Shown here: piece by piece, positions 46,077 through 55,747 of the stretch
Numbering within the stretch: the first letter of the stretch is position 1
How the letters are laid out: each line of letters begins with the position of its first letter
DNA from: Dehalococcoidia bacterium
Lineage (GTDB): Bacteria; Chloroflexota; Dehalococcoidia; Lucifugimonadales; UBA3495
Assembly (NCBI GenBank): GCA_963663945.1
Contig: OY760687.1
Coordinates: forward strand, 2,708,555 to 2,772,554
Length of the DNA: 64,000 nucleotides
Direction: 5' to 3'
The notes under the pieces: generated by a model
Told to the model about the DNA's origin: nothing
The model's database searches: none
Seen by the model: the letters and a program-made list of their open reading frames with translations, nothing else
Translations under genes and position numbers: made by a program

Positions 46077-47129
46077 ATGCCCGTCTTCACCCCTGAATAC
46101 CTGGAAAAGGCCGCCTACCACATCTACGTGGCCAAGGGCACGCCGCCCGAAGAGGCTGAGATCGTCGCCAGGCACCAGGTCATGGCCAACTTGGTCGGCC
46201 ACGACTCCCATGGCGTCATCCACATCCCCGAGTACTGCGAGCGCGTTGACCGCGGGCACATCGTGCCGGGCGCGCCTTTCGAGGTGCTCAGCGAGACGCC
46301 CACCACTGCGGTGGTCGACGGCCACTGGGGCTTCGGTTTCGTCGTGACCGAAAAAGCCACCCGGATGGCCATCGCCAAGGCCAAGGAGAACGGCGTCGCC
46401 GCCTTCACCATTCGCCGTCAGAGCCACATCGGGCGCCTGGGAGATTATCCGACCATCTGCGCTCAGGAGGGCATGATCGCCCTGCTCACCGCTGACTCCG
46501 GCGCGGGTCCCAAGGCCGTAGCTCCCTTCGGCGGCCGCGCCCGTCGCCTCGGCACCAACCCCATCTGCATCAGCGTGCCCAGCAACCTGCCGGGCCAGGT
46601 GCTGCTGGACATGGCGACCTCCGCCGTCGCAGCCGGCAAGATCAGCCTGGCCCGCAACCGCGGCGAGCAGGTGCCGACCGGCTGGATCGTGGACAAGGAC
46701 GGCAATCCCACCAACGACCCCAACGACTACTCCGCAGGCGGCGCAATCCTGCCCGTGGGCGCCGACCAGGGACATAAGGGATTTGGCCTCTCCTTCATGG
46801 TCGAGATGTTCTCCGGCCTGCTCACCGGCCTCGGTTTCGGCATCGACCCGCAGGCCCGCCACAACGACGGCTGCTTTCTGGCCGTGTTCGATGTCGCGAA
46901 GTTCCGCCCTCTGGAGGACTTCAAGCAGGAGATGACCGAGTTCGCGGAGTTCGTGAAGACCTCCCCGCCGGCCCCTGGTTTCAGCGAGGTCTACTACCCC
47001 GGAGAGATCGAGTACCGGACCGAACTGCAACGTCGTGAAAACGGCATTTTCATCGAGGACGAAACTTGGCGCCAGATCTCCGAGCTTATGGAAGAGGTAG
47101 GCGTCGCCGAGGCCGTCGGGCAACCCTAG
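46077..47129 (+). CDS. Ldh_2 (malate/L-lactate/ureidoglycolate dehydrogenase type 2) family oxidoreductase
   Basis: ...LVGHDSHGVIHIPEY..., ...GTNPICISVP... and GGHKGFGLS. Confidence 0.85.
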   Translation: MPVFTPEYLEKAAYHIYVAKGTPPEEAEIVARHQVMANLVGHDSHGVIHIPEYCERVDRGHIVPGAPFEVLSETPTTAVVDGHWGFGFVVTEKATRMAIAKAKENGVAAFTIRRQSHIGRLGDYPTICAQEGMIALLTADSGAGPKAVAPFGGRARRLGTNPICISVPSNLPGQVLLDMATSAVAAGKISLARNRGEQVPTGWIVDKDGNPTNDPNDYSAGGAILPVGADQGHKGFGLSFMVEMFSGLLTGLGFGIDPQARHNDGCFLAVFDVAKFRPLEDFKQEMTEFAEFVKTSPPAPGFSEVYYPGEIEYRTELQRRENGIFIEDETWRQISELMEEVGVAEAVGQP

Positions 47130-47176
47130 CCAATCGACCTGCGCGCGTGGGCGGGTGACGAGCGGGAGTAGCGCCG

Positions 47177-48019
47177 ATGCTCCTCTCCGACTTTGGCCTG
47201 CCATCGGATCTGGGAGTGTGGCTGGCCGCGCTGCTGCTGTTGATGTCTCTGCTGGTCGGCATTCTGGGTGGCCTGATCGGCTCATCCCTGGGCACAATGA
47301 GGCTTCCCGCCATGCTGATGCTGGGAGTGCCTCTACCCATGGCGGCCAGCGCCAACATTTTCGTCAGCAGCGCGGTGGGCATTGTCGGGAGCTACCGGCA
47401 CCTCCGGGACGGCCGGGTCAAGCTGCCCCTGGTTTTGATAATTGGCGTCCCAGCCTTCGTCGCCGGTTTCCTGGGCGGCTATTTCAGCAACCAGGCTCCA
47501 GCCAACCTACTGATCGGCCTGGCCGGCGGTCTAATCCTGTGGCAGGGATTTGAACTGATCTTGCTGGCCCACCGTCGCCGTCGCGGCTCACGGTCAGGAG
47601 AACCGCCAGAGGATGCGCTGGAGGGTTCTGAGGGACAGTTCACGGTGGCGCGAACCATCGGTGGAGCCGGAGCCAGTTTCGGGATCGGTCTGCTGGCCGG
47701 CGCCATTGGATTGGTGCTGAGTACCATTCGCCTGCCGCTGATCATTCGGGTCCTGCGGGTCGACCCACGGATTGCTGCCGGCAGCAATCTGTTCATTGGG
47801 ATGACCATGGGTGCGCTGGGATGGATCGGGCACATGCTGCATACCCGAACCGACGTGTCACTGCTGGTAATATTGCTCGCGCCGGCCATCGTGGGCAGCT
47901 ACCTGGGCGCCAAATTCACCGGTCGGATCAGCGTCAACCTCCTGCTGCTGCTTATGGGCATACTGCTCACCGGGTCCGGCTGCATGATGCTGTGGCGAGC
48001 CGCAACCTCGCTGCTGTAG
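47177..48019 (+). CDS. TauE/SafE (TSUP) sulfite-exporter family membrane protein, copy 1
   Basis: Polytopic membrane protein. VGILGGLIGSSLGTMRLPAM and PRIAAGSNLF repeats. Confidence 0.8.
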   Translation: MLLSDFGLPSDLGVWLAALLLLMSLLVGILGGLIGSSLGTMRLPAMLMLGVPLPMAASANIFVSSAVGIVGSYRHLRDGRVKLPLVLIIGVPAFVAGFLGGYFSNQAPANLLIGLAGGLILWQGFELILLAHRRRRGSRSGEPPEDALEGSEGQFTVARTIGGAGASFGIGLLAGAIGLVLSTIRLPLIIRVLRVDPRIAAGSNLFIGMTMGALGWIGHMLHTRTDVSLLVILLAPAIVGSYLGAKFTGRISVNLLLLLMGILLTGSGCMMLWRAATSLL

Positions 48020-48055
48020 GACACTGTTGACGTCTCGCAACCCTAACCCCACCTC

Positions 48056-48901
48056 ATGATCCTCGCCGACATAGGCCTGCCATCGGACGTGCTGATCTGG
48101 CACGCCGCACTGCTGGCGGTGATCTCGTTCCTGGTCGGCATCCTCGGCGGGTTCGTGGGTCTCGCTCTCGGCACCATGCGCCTGCCGGCCATGCTGCTTC
48201 TGGGGATGCCGGCTCCGGCCGCCGGCGGCACGAATATCCTGGTCAGCAGCCTGGCGTCGCTGGCCGGCACCATACGCCACCTGCGCGCCGGGAGAGTGAA
48301 CCTTCGCATCGTGCTCACCATGGGCGTGCCCGCGTTCATCGGTGCGTTCATCGGCGGGTGGTTCAGCGACGTGACTCCCGAGCATCTGCTCATCGCCCTG
48401 GCGGGTGCGCTGGTCTTCTGGCAGGGAGTGGAGTTTCTCATCATTGCCCGGGACCGGATCCGATCGGGTCAATCCAGCGGCGCCCTTTTCGGCCAGGGAC
48501 TCGAGGGCTCGCCGGGCCTGTTCACGCCCACCCGCATGGCTGCGGAGGGCGGCATCGGCTTCGCCGTGGGCATGCTGGGAGGCGCGGTCGGGTTGATCCT
48601 GGGCAGCATACGCCTGCCCGCCCTGGTCCGTATCCTGAGAGTGGACCCGCGCATCGCCGCCGGCACCAACCTGTTCATCGGCTTCGTGATGGGCGCGGCC
48701 GGCTGGGTGGGGCACCTCATCCACGGCCAGGTGGACTGGGTGATCCTGGCGCTGATGGGCCCCATGGCGATGCTCGGCAGCTACCTGGGCGCCAACCTGA
48801 CCGGCAGGGTCAACCTGAACCTGCTGATCCTGGCCATGGGTCTGACGCTGTTGGTGGTGGGCGTCCTGCTGGTCTGGCAGGGAGTCGCTGGCCTGCTTTA
48901 G
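48056..48901 (+). CDS. TauE/SafE (TSUP) family membrane protein, copy 2 (tandem paralogue)
   Basis: Collinear with copy 1 throughout (VGILGGFVGLALGTMRLPAM...PRIAAGTNLF). Confidence 0.8.
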   Translation: MILADIGLPSDVLIWHAALLAVISFLVGILGGFVGLALGTMRLPAMLLLGMPAPAAGGTNILVSSLASLAGTIRHLRAGRVNLRIVLTMGVPAFIGAFIGGWFSDVTPEHLLIALAGALVFWQGVEFLIIARDRIRSGQSSGALFGQGLEGSPGLFTPTRMAAEGGIGFAVGMLGGAVGLILGSIRLPALVRILRVDPRIAAGTNLFIGFVMGAAGWVGHLIHGQVDWVILALMGPMAMLGSYLGANLTGRVNLNLLILAMGLTLLVVGVLLVWQGVAGLL

Positions 48902-48949
48902 CTAGGCCAGGGTTCGTCCGATCCCTCCGCGCAGATTGCGCCGGGCCGC

Positions 48950-49801
48950 TCAGAGGCCGGCGAAAAAGTCGGCCGGGACCACCTCGCCGTCAGCCACCGG
49001 AGGCTCGGCGCGAATGAAGTGCTCCACCCCAATCACGGAGGCGGTCACCTCCCGGGGGATGCGCTCGTAGGGCCAGTCGGGCTGCAACTGCGTGAAGTGC
49101 CGCTTGATGCAGGCCATCTTGGCATCCAGGCCATCGGATGCGTCCACGGTCAGGTTGATGGTCTCGGGATCCGCGCCGTCGTTGGCGCGGTCGGGCGACG
49201 GCATCGGGAAGTCCACGCCGGCGGCCTGCAGCGACTCCGCCATGTGCACGCGGAACCCCTGCGGGCGCACGCTGTAAAACAGGCGATCAGTCTGATGGGG
49301 CTGGATGCCGATGGCCATGTGGTGCGGGAAGGACGAGGGGTCGGCGGCCAGCCTAAACGCGGTGGTGGCGTGCATGCAGATGGCGATGTGGTCCGGATGC
49401 CCATACAGCCCGTCCATGCCGAAGGTGAGGATCACCTGGGGCCGGAACCGGCGGATTTCGAACACCAGGCGGGCCACCACCTCGTGCTCATCGGCCTGTA
49501 CGAATGCTTTCGGATGATGGTTGTCGTCCCAGCCGGCCATGCCCGAGTCGCGATACTGGAGCACGTCGTGGGACTCGATGCCCAGTTCCTTGATCGCCTC
49601 GGCCAGTTCGCCGCGTCTAACCTCGCCGATGGTCTGGCGGGTCGCCGAGCCGGGTTGTCGGATCTCGCCGAGCTCGCCCGAGGTGGCAGTGATCAAACGG
49701 GCGGTCACGCCGCGCGCGGTGTGCATCGCGATGGTCCCGCCGACGGGGAAAGCCTCGTCGTCGGGGTGGGCAAACAGAATGAGTAAACGATGATCTGGCA
49801 T
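48950..49801 (-). CDS. PIG-L/LmbE-family deacetylase
   Basis: LILFAHPDDEAFPVGG...GHPDH. Confidence 0.8.
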   Translation of the reverse strand: MPDHRLLILFAHPDDEAFPVGGTIAMHTARGVTARLITATSGELGEIRQPGSATRQTIGEVRRGELAEAIKELGIESHDVLQYRDSGMAGWDDNHHPKAFVQADEHEVVARLVFEIRRFRPQVILTFGMDGLYGHPDHIAICMHATTAFRLAADPSSFPHHMAIGIQPHQTDRLFYSVRPQGFRVHMAESLQAAGVDFPMPSPDRANDGADPETINLTVDASDGLDAKMACIKRHFTQLQPDWPYERIPREVTASVIGVEHFIRAEPPVADGEVVPADFFAGL

Positions 49802-49840
49802 GGGAACGTTTCTGCCGAATATGTGGTGCGAAGGGCGACA

Positions 49841-49870
49841 TGTAGGGGCGAATAATCATCCGCCCCTACA
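49841..49870. repeat. palindromic intergenic repeat, copy 2
   Basis: TGTAGGGGCGAATAATCATCCGCCCCTACA, with one stem mismatch. Confidence 0.85.
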
Positions 49871-49896
49871 CTGACACGTACCTGAATCGAAGCGTT

Positions 49897-50256
49897 CTAC
49901 TCGACGACCTCGAGGACTTCCAGGATGATGCCCTGCGGGCCCTCGAAAAACATGACCCGGCGGCCGCCGCCTACCGTGGTCTCTTCCAGCACGGTGGCGC
50001 CGCCGTTTTTCAGGTCGGCAATGGTGCCATCGATATCGGTGGTGTCGATGGCGATGTGCTCGAAGCCGTAATTCTGCGGGTGGGTCTGCGTGGAGATATG
50101 GTCGGTGACGTTAAGGGGCAGGCCGTGAAGGTCCAGCCGGAACCCGCCATTGGGGGTCTCGGCGGTGACCGTGGCGCCCAGATTCTGCACGTACCAGTCG
50201 GCGGTGGACTTGGGATCGGGGGTCTTGAGGTGAACGTGGTTGAGTGAGAATGCCAT
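49897..50256 (-). CDS. VOC family protein
   Basis: MAFSLNHVHLKTPDPKSTADWY...GFEHIAIDT. Start moved to ATG 50256. Confidence 0.75.
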   Translation of the reverse strand: MAFSLNHVHLKTPDPKSTADWYVQNLGATVTAETPNGGFRLDLHGLPLNVTDHISTQTHPQNYGFEHIAIDTTDIDGTIADLKNGGATVLEETTVGGGRRVMFFEGPQGIILEVLEVVE

Positions 50257-50385
50257 AACGCTGAAGCCTCCTCGGAATGGTTTCAGGACCGCGTCCATGG
50301 GTGTGTTTGGCGGATTGTAACACAGGGTGCCGCTGCGGCCGGCGATGATATACTTGCGCCGCATTTGAGCACGGAGGCGATATAG

Positions 50386-51033
50386 ATGCTGGCGTTTTTG
50401 GGAGGCACCGGACCGGAAGGCAAGGGGTTGGCGCTGCGCCTGGCAATGGCGGGCGAATCGGTGGTCATCGGATCGCGGGACGCGGGGCGCGCCCAGGAAG
50501 CGGCGGACGAGTTGCTGGCCCTGGCCCCCGGCGCCGCGATATCCGGGGCGGTGAATGCGGATGCAGCCGCCGAGTCAGACGTGATATTCCTGACCATGCC
50601 CTACAACGGCATGTCACCGACCATCGCCGGCGTCGGCGACGCATTGGACGGCAAGGTCGTGGTGACCGTGATCGCTCCCATGCGGTTCGAACGCGGCGTG
50701 GGCGCCATCGCCGAAGAGGTGGAGGCCGGCTCAGCCGCGGAGGAGGCCCAGGCCGCCGCCGCGGGTTCGAAGGTGGTCGCGGCCTTCCAGAACGTGTCCG
50801 CCGAGGAACTGCTGAAGCCCGGCGTCACGCTGGACGAGGACGTGGTCATCTGCGGCGACGACGATGAAGCCAAGCAGACGGTGGTGGACCTGACGCGGAA
50901 GATCCCCAACCTCCGTCCCGTGGATGCCGGCGCCCTCTACAACGCCAAATACGTGGAGCAGATCACGCCGCTCCTGGTCAACATCAACCGACGATACCGC
51001 ACGCACTCAGGAGTGCGCATCACCGGCGTCTGA
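50386..51033 (+). CDS. npdG: NADPH-dependent F420 reductase
   Basis: LAFLGGTGPEGKGLALRLAMAG is a Rossmann motif. The overall NpdG pattern ends ...GVRITGV. Confidence 0.8.
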   Translation: MLAFLGGTGPEGKGLALRLAMAGESVVIGSRDAGRAQEAADELLALAPGAAISGAVNADAAAESDVIFLTMPYNGMSPTIAGVGDALDGKVVVTVIAPMRFERGVGAIAEEVEAGSAAEEAQAAAAGSKVVAAFQNVSAEELLKPGVTLDEDVVICGDDDEAKQTVVDLTRKIPNLRPVDAGALYNAKYVEQITPLLVNINRRYRTHSGVRITGV

Positions 51034-51077
51034 TCCGGACAAACATATCCCCCACAAACCGGACTGGAGGAATTACC

Positions 51078-51602
51078 ATGCCACGAGCTACGCTAGATTT
51101 GCAGAACGCCGGCGACCTCGCAGCCGTCAGCGGCCAGTGGAAGGTCGCCCACGGATTCGTGCCTGACCAACCCAACGAGGGCATCGTGCCTGAGGCGGAG
51201 GGTTCACCGTGCCGCCTGCCGGATTATGACGACTCCGGTTGGGAGGCCTGCGACGACCTGGGCGCCTGGCGCCGACGCGGCGTCTCGTTCATCTGGTACC
51301 GCATCAAGGCGACGCTGCCCGAGACCGTGGGTGGCCGGTCGTTGGAGGGCGCGCGCTGCCTCTTCGAGTCCTGTATCGATGACTACGGCGAGATCTGGAT
51401 CAACGGCGAGTGCGACCGGGAGCGCGCCACCGTGCAGGGGTTCAACGTTCCGCAGCGGGTGGTGGTGTCCACTGAGCCCAAGCCGGGTGACGAAGTCACG
51501 GTCGCGATCCTGGCGATGAACGGCCCGTTGGCCGCGCCGGGCGGAGCGGTGTTCGTCCGTTATGCCAACCTCGCCTTCGAATGGCGCGAATCCGGCTACT
51601 GA
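51078..51602 (+). CDS. hypothetical protein (galactose-binding-domain-like?)
   Basis: DDSGWEA...IWYR... resembles glycoside-hydrolase sugar-binding jelly-rolls. The match is weak. Confidence 0.5.
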   Translation: MPRATLDLQNAGDLAAVSGQWKVAHGFVPDQPNEGIVPEAEGSPCRLPDYDDSGWEACDDLGAWRRRGVSFIWYRIKATLPETVGGRSLEGARCLFESCIDDYGEIWINGECDRERATVQGFNVPQRVVVSTEPKPGDEVTVAILAMNGPLAAPGGAVFVRYANLAFEWRESGY

Positions 51603-51628
51603 TCTTAGCCGCACACCTTCACAAAACG

Positions 51629-51656
51629 TAGGGGCGAATGATCATTCGCCCCTACA
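51629..51656. repeat. palindromic intergenic repeat, copy 3
   Basis: GTAGGGGCGAATGATCATTCGCCCCTAC. Confidence 0.85.
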
Positions 51657-51678
51657 CTATTGAGTCAACGCCGGCGGG

Positions 51679-51987
51679 TCAGGACAGCCAATCGTCCTCG
51701 TCCTCCTCGTCGCCCCCGTCCTCACCATCGTTGGTGACCACCTGCCCGGGGTTATGCGAATAGCCTCGCGTCTCCAACTCGGCGCGAATGGTGGACGCGA
51801 AGTCGGCCGGGGCCTGGCTGGCGGGCAGGGTGATCTCCACCTTACCCCCATCTACGATGACCTCGCCCGGATCCTCGCGGGCCAAATCGACGCTGACCGA
51901 CTCCCGGTGGATGCCGAAATCATCGGTCACGGAGAAGACCACCGCCATGTCCTCCATGGTAATGATGGTAACGCTGTCGTCGGACAT
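51679..51987 (-). CDS. hypothetical acidic protein
   Basis: MSDDSVTIITMEDM... with an acidic tail GEDGGDEEDEDDWLS. Confidence 0.45.
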   Translation of the reverse strand: MSDDSVTIITMEDMAVVFSVTDDFGIHRESVSVDLAREDPGEVIVDGGKVEITLPASQAPADFASTIRAELETRGYSHNPGQVVTNDGEDGGDEEDEDDWLS

Positions 51988-51995
51988 ATTCAGAG

Positions 51996-52625
51996 TTACT
52001 CCTGCGGCGGCCACTGGGTGCCGCCCTCGGCCGGTCGTTCGGAGGCCGGCCGGGCCATGCCGTCGGCGACCACCTGCTGAAACTCACCGAGTATCACAGA
52101 GCCCCACTCCGCAGCCTTGCTGACCCGGTGGGCAGTGCGGCGTCCCCGGGTCTGCTGGCGGCGCTCGCCTTCATCGGCCACCGCGGCCGCTGCCTGCGCG
52201 ACCATTTCGTCCATGGCGTCGATTGTGGGAACCAGCGAACGGGCCGTCTCGATGAACCGCGCGATCTCGCCCATCTCGCTGTCGAGGACCACGAACACGG
52301 GCACGGTTCCGGCGCGGTGCTCCGGCAGGAAACTGTTTGTCAGCTCCAGTTCGTCGTCCCGGTTGAACACGCTGAGCCGAATGTTATCGCTGGCGTCGGC
52401 GAGGCGCAGGATGGCCGGCGTGGTGGACATGGCATCGCCGCACCAGTCCGAGGTGAAGACGGCCAGGTTCACCGGTTGTTCCAGTCCGTTGAAGTAGTCG
52501 AGCACGTTGTCGGGTATCGCGACGCCGTCATGGATCTGGCAGAACGGGTCCTTGTTCACCTTGATGATGTCGATGTATTGCTCGGTGGTCATTCCCTGGC
52601 TGAACTTCTCTGCGGATAGTGTCAT
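51996..52625 (-). CDS. thioredoxin-fold family protein
   Basis: AVFTSDWCGDAMSTTP is a Thioredoxin_9-like WCGD motif. Start moved to ATG 52625 (MTLSAEKF). Confidence 0.6.
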   Translation of the reverse strand: MTLSAEKFSQGMTTEQYIDIIKVNKDPFCQIHDGVAIPDNVLDYFNGLEQPVNLAVFTSDWCGDAMSTTPAILRLADASDNIRLSVFNRDDELELTNSFLPEHRAGTVPVFVVLDSEMGEIARFIETARSLVPTIDAMDEMVAQAAAAVADEGERRQQTRGRRTAHRVSKAAEWGSVILGEFQQVVADGMARPASERPAEGGTQWPPQE

Positions 52626-52752
52626 CTCGCACCCCCTGATGCCCCGAAGGCGTTTTTGCCGTGGTCTGTGCCCGGTGCTAAAATCGTGGCCATATATTAC
52701 CAGCCCCAAGTGGGCGAAAACGGAGCCGCTGTTGACTACCGAACGAGGCGGA

Positions 52753-53154
52753 GTGTACCTGAAATATGCCCTGTTCTGCCGCGAAACCGAGGAAGGGGAC
52801 GGGGACGACCTGAGTTTCAAAGGCGTTATCGACCTGGTGGACATCCCCATGCCCGAAGAACCTCCCAGTGGCGACGGGCCCAGGGTCCTTGCCGAGGTCG
52901 ACGCGCAACTGGCGTTCTGCATCGCCGGAGCCAACGCTGGGCCGCACACTCTGGAGGTGACCATCCGGGCGCCGGGCTCCAGCCTGTCCAGCCCGCCACC
53001 CCAGGAGGTGACTTGGGATGAGGGTATTTTCTTCCAGCGCTGGATCAAGCCATTCCGCATACCGGTGACCCGCCTCGGCCGTCACGTCGCCGCCATCGCC
53101 TTCGACGGCATGCCCCTCGGGGAGGCCAGTTTCCTGGTCCGGCTCAAGCCATAG
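52753..53154 (+). CDS. hypothetical protein
   Basis: GTG 52753 is preceded by GAGGCGGAG. VYLKYALFCRETEEGDGDDLSFKGVID... The upstream part of ORF 52507..53154 overlaps the thioredoxin-fold gene on the opposite strand. Confidence 0.4.
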   Translation: MYLKYALFCRETEEGDGDDLSFKGVIDLVDIPMPEEPPSGDGPRVLAEVDAQLAFCIAGANAGPHTLEVTIRAPGSSLSSPPPQEVTWDEGIFFQRWIKPFRIPVTRLGRHVAAIAFDGMPLGEASFLVRLKP

Positions 53155-53181
53155 CCGCGATTCGCAGCGCATTCAAAACCA

Positions 53182-53209
53182 GTAGGGGCGAATGATTATT
53201 CGCCCCGAC
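53182..53209. repeat. palindromic intergenic repeat, copy 4
   Basis: GTAGGGGCGAATGATTATTCGCCCCGAC. Confidence 0.85.
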
Positions 53210-53235
53210 GCAGTTTCGGTGGTCGGTCGGCAGAG

Positions 53236-55581
53236 CTACGAGCCGTTCTGCTCCCACAGGGCTTCGAGCACCGCGCCCGGATTCATGGGCAGGCTCTCCA
53301 GCCTGGCGCCGGTCGCCCTGGCGATGGCGTTGCCAATTGCCGCCATGGGCGGAACCAGCGAAACCTCGCCGACGCCGCGGACACCCAGGGGATGACCCGG
53401 ATTGGCCACTTCGACGATCACCGTGTCGATCATGGGAAGGTCCAGTGCGGTGGGCATGCGGTAGTCCAGGAAGGATGAGTTCATCATCTGGCCGCCATCG
53501 TCGAAGAAGTACTCTTCATTCAGCGCCCAGCCGATTCCCTGGACGGCTCCGCCCTGGATCTGTCCCTCGACGTAGCTGGGATGAATTGCCTTGCCGCAGT
53601 CCTGGATGGCGGTGAAGCGCAGCACTTCAACCTTGCCGGTGTCGGGATCGACCTCGACGTCGGCTACGTTGATGGCGAAGGCGTTGCCCACGCCGGCGGG
53701 GTTGGCCGCTCCGTGTCCCACGATGGGACCACCGGTGCCGTTGAGCCGCCGGGCCAACTGGTCGAAGGTCATGCGCAGGGCGTCATCGGACTTGTGGGCC
53801 AGGGTGCCGTCTTCCTGGTACTCCACGTCCTCCACCGGCACGTCCCAGATGCGCGCGGCCCGCTCGATCATCTGGCGGCGCACTTCCTCGCCGGCCTGAT
53901 AAACGGCGGTGCCCATCTTGAAGGTGACGCCGCTGCCGCCGGCCCCGCTGCTGTAGCCGATGCTGTCGGTGTCCACGATGGACGGCTTGATGCGCTCCGC
54001 CGGCAGTCCGAGAACCTCGGCCACGTGCATAGCCATCACGGCGCGGGAACCGCCGATGTCCGGCGAACCCTCAATCAGGCTGACCGTGCCGTCGGGCATG
54101 ACGCTGGCCACCGCGGTGGCCGGACCGGTTCCATTGAACCACGCGCCGGCGGCGATGCCCCGGCCGGTGACACGACCGGGCGCCGAGGGCTCGGGCACTG
54201 GTGCAGCCAGGTGCGGATGCTCCTGGGTTGCCTGCAGGATTTCCACCATTCCGATGCGCCGGAAGGCGGGGCCGCCGATCTGCCGGCTGCCCTCCTTGGA
54301 CGCATTGTTAAGGCGGAACTCCACCGGGTCCACGCCCAGCTTCTCGCACAGCTCGTCGATGGCCTGCTCGGCGGCAAAGGACGCGGCCGGCGAACCGGGG
54401 GCCCGGTACGCGGCAGCCTTGGGCACGTTGGTCACCACGTCATAGCCCTCGACGAACCCATTGGCGATCTCGTAGGGGGCAAACATGGTGCGACAACCGC
54501 TGGGCACGGGCGAACCGGGAAACGCTCCGGCTTCGTAGATCAGGGTCGCCTGGGCAGCGGTGAACCGGCCGTCGCGAGTGCCGCCCACCTTTACCTTTAT
54601 GTGGCTCCCCGATGTGGGGCCGGTACCGGTGAAAACCTCGGTGCGGGTCATTGCGATCTTGACCGGGCGGCCGGTCTTGCGCGCGAGGGCGCCAACGACG
54701 GGTTCGAGATAGCAGCCGCCCTGCCCCTTGCCGCCGAAACCGCCACCGATCTCCATGGGGACTACGTTGAGCTGCCCTACGGAGATGCCCAGAATTCGGC
54801 TCGTATGGTCGCGCAGGGCGAAGTGTCCCTGGCTGCTGGCCCACACGGTCACCGTGCCGTCGGTGTTCCAGCGGGCAGTCGCGGAATGCGGCTCGATATA
54901 GCCCTGGTGCACGGGGCGGGTGTGGTATTCCCTCTCCACGATGACATCGGCTTCGGCGAAACCGGCCTCCAGGTCGCCGGAGGTGAACTGGAAGTGGTTG
55001 GACACGTTGGACCCGCCAGCCCCTTCCTCAGCCCAACCGCCCGAGCGCTGCGCTGGATTGGACAGGGTCATCAGTCGCTCGTGGACTGCCGGGGCGCCCT
55101 CCGCCATGGCCTCCTGGGCCGTGAGGACGGGGGACAGGACTTCCCAGTCCACTTCGATCAGCGCCATGGCCTCTTCAGCCAGGTGAGGCGAGTCGGCGGC
55201 GATGGCTGCCACCGCGTGGCCGCGGTACAAAGCCTTCTCACGGGCCATCACGTTGCGGCTGTAGAAGCCGTAGTTGACGGGTGCCTCTTCTTCCTGATCC
55301 TTGATCTCCGCCGACACATCGGGGAAGTCTGCCGAGGTCACCACCGCGTGAACGCCCGGGAGAGCCAACGCCTTGCTCGCGTCGATGCCGCGGATGCGGG
55401 CGTGGGCGTGGGGGCTGCGCAGGATCTTGCCGTGCAGCATGCCGGGCAGGTGGATGTCGGCGGCGTACCGGGCGCGGCCCATGACCTTGTCCGGACCGTC
55501 GTGGCGTATCGGGCGCGTGCCGACCACGCGATAGTTTTCTTCGGGATCGGCGAGGACGATGTTGGGTTTGTAGTCAAGCAT
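53236..55581 (-). CDS. xanthine dehydrogenase / aldehyde oxidase family molybdopterin-binding large subunit (CoxL-like)
   Basis: ...GRARYAADI..., GGGFGGKG and a long Ald_Xan_dh_C2-like region. Start moved to ATG 55581 (MLDYKPN). Confidence 0.85.
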   Translation of the reverse strand: MLDYKPNIVLADPEENYRVVGTRPIRHDGPDKVMGRARYAADIHLPGMLHGKILRSPHAHARIRGIDASKALALPGVHAVVTSADFPDVSAEIKDQEEEAPVNYGFYSRNVMAREKALYRGHAVAAIAADSPHLAEEAMALIEVDWEVLSPVLTAQEAMAEGAPAVHERLMTLSNPAQRSGGWAEEGAGGSNVSNHFQFTSGDLEAGFAEADVIVEREYHTRPVHQGYIEPHSATARWNTDGTVTVWASSQGHFALRDHTSRILGISVGQLNVVPMEIGGGFGGKGQGGCYLEPVVGALARKTGRPVKIAMTRTEVFTGTGPTSGSHIKVKVGGTRDGRFTAAQATLIYEAGAFPGSPVPSGCRTMFAPYEIANGFVEGYDVVTNVPKAAAYRAPGSPAASFAAEQAIDELCEKLGVDPVEFRLNNASKEGSRQIGGPAFRRIGMVEILQATQEHPHLAAPVPEPSAPGRVTGRGIAAGAWFNGTGPATAVASVMPDGTVSLIEGSPDIGGSRAVMAMHVAEVLGLPAERIKPSIVDTDSIGYSSGAGGSGVTFKMGTAVYQAGEEVRRQMIERAARIWDVPVEDVEYQEDGTLAHKSDDALRMTFDQLARRLNGTGGPIVGHGAANPAGVGNAFAINVADVEVDPDTGKVEVLRFTAIQDCGKAIHPSYVEGQIQGGAVQGIGWALNEEYFFDDGGQMMNSSFLDYRMPTALDLPMIDTVIVEVANPGHPLGVRGVGEVSLVPPMAAIGNAIARATGARLESLPMNPGAVLEALWEQNGS

Positions 55582-55747
55582 AGAGCGGCGACCTCCCGGG
55601 AGACGTTGTTTGCGTAGGTAATGGCAGTAATTTACCACAAAGGGGGTCTCCTCAATCCCGGGGATGGCCCCATCAACAAAGGGACCGATCCACGTGGATC
55701 GGTCCCGAAGGGCGCCCGGTTGATCGACGGCCGCACGCCGCTGGATA

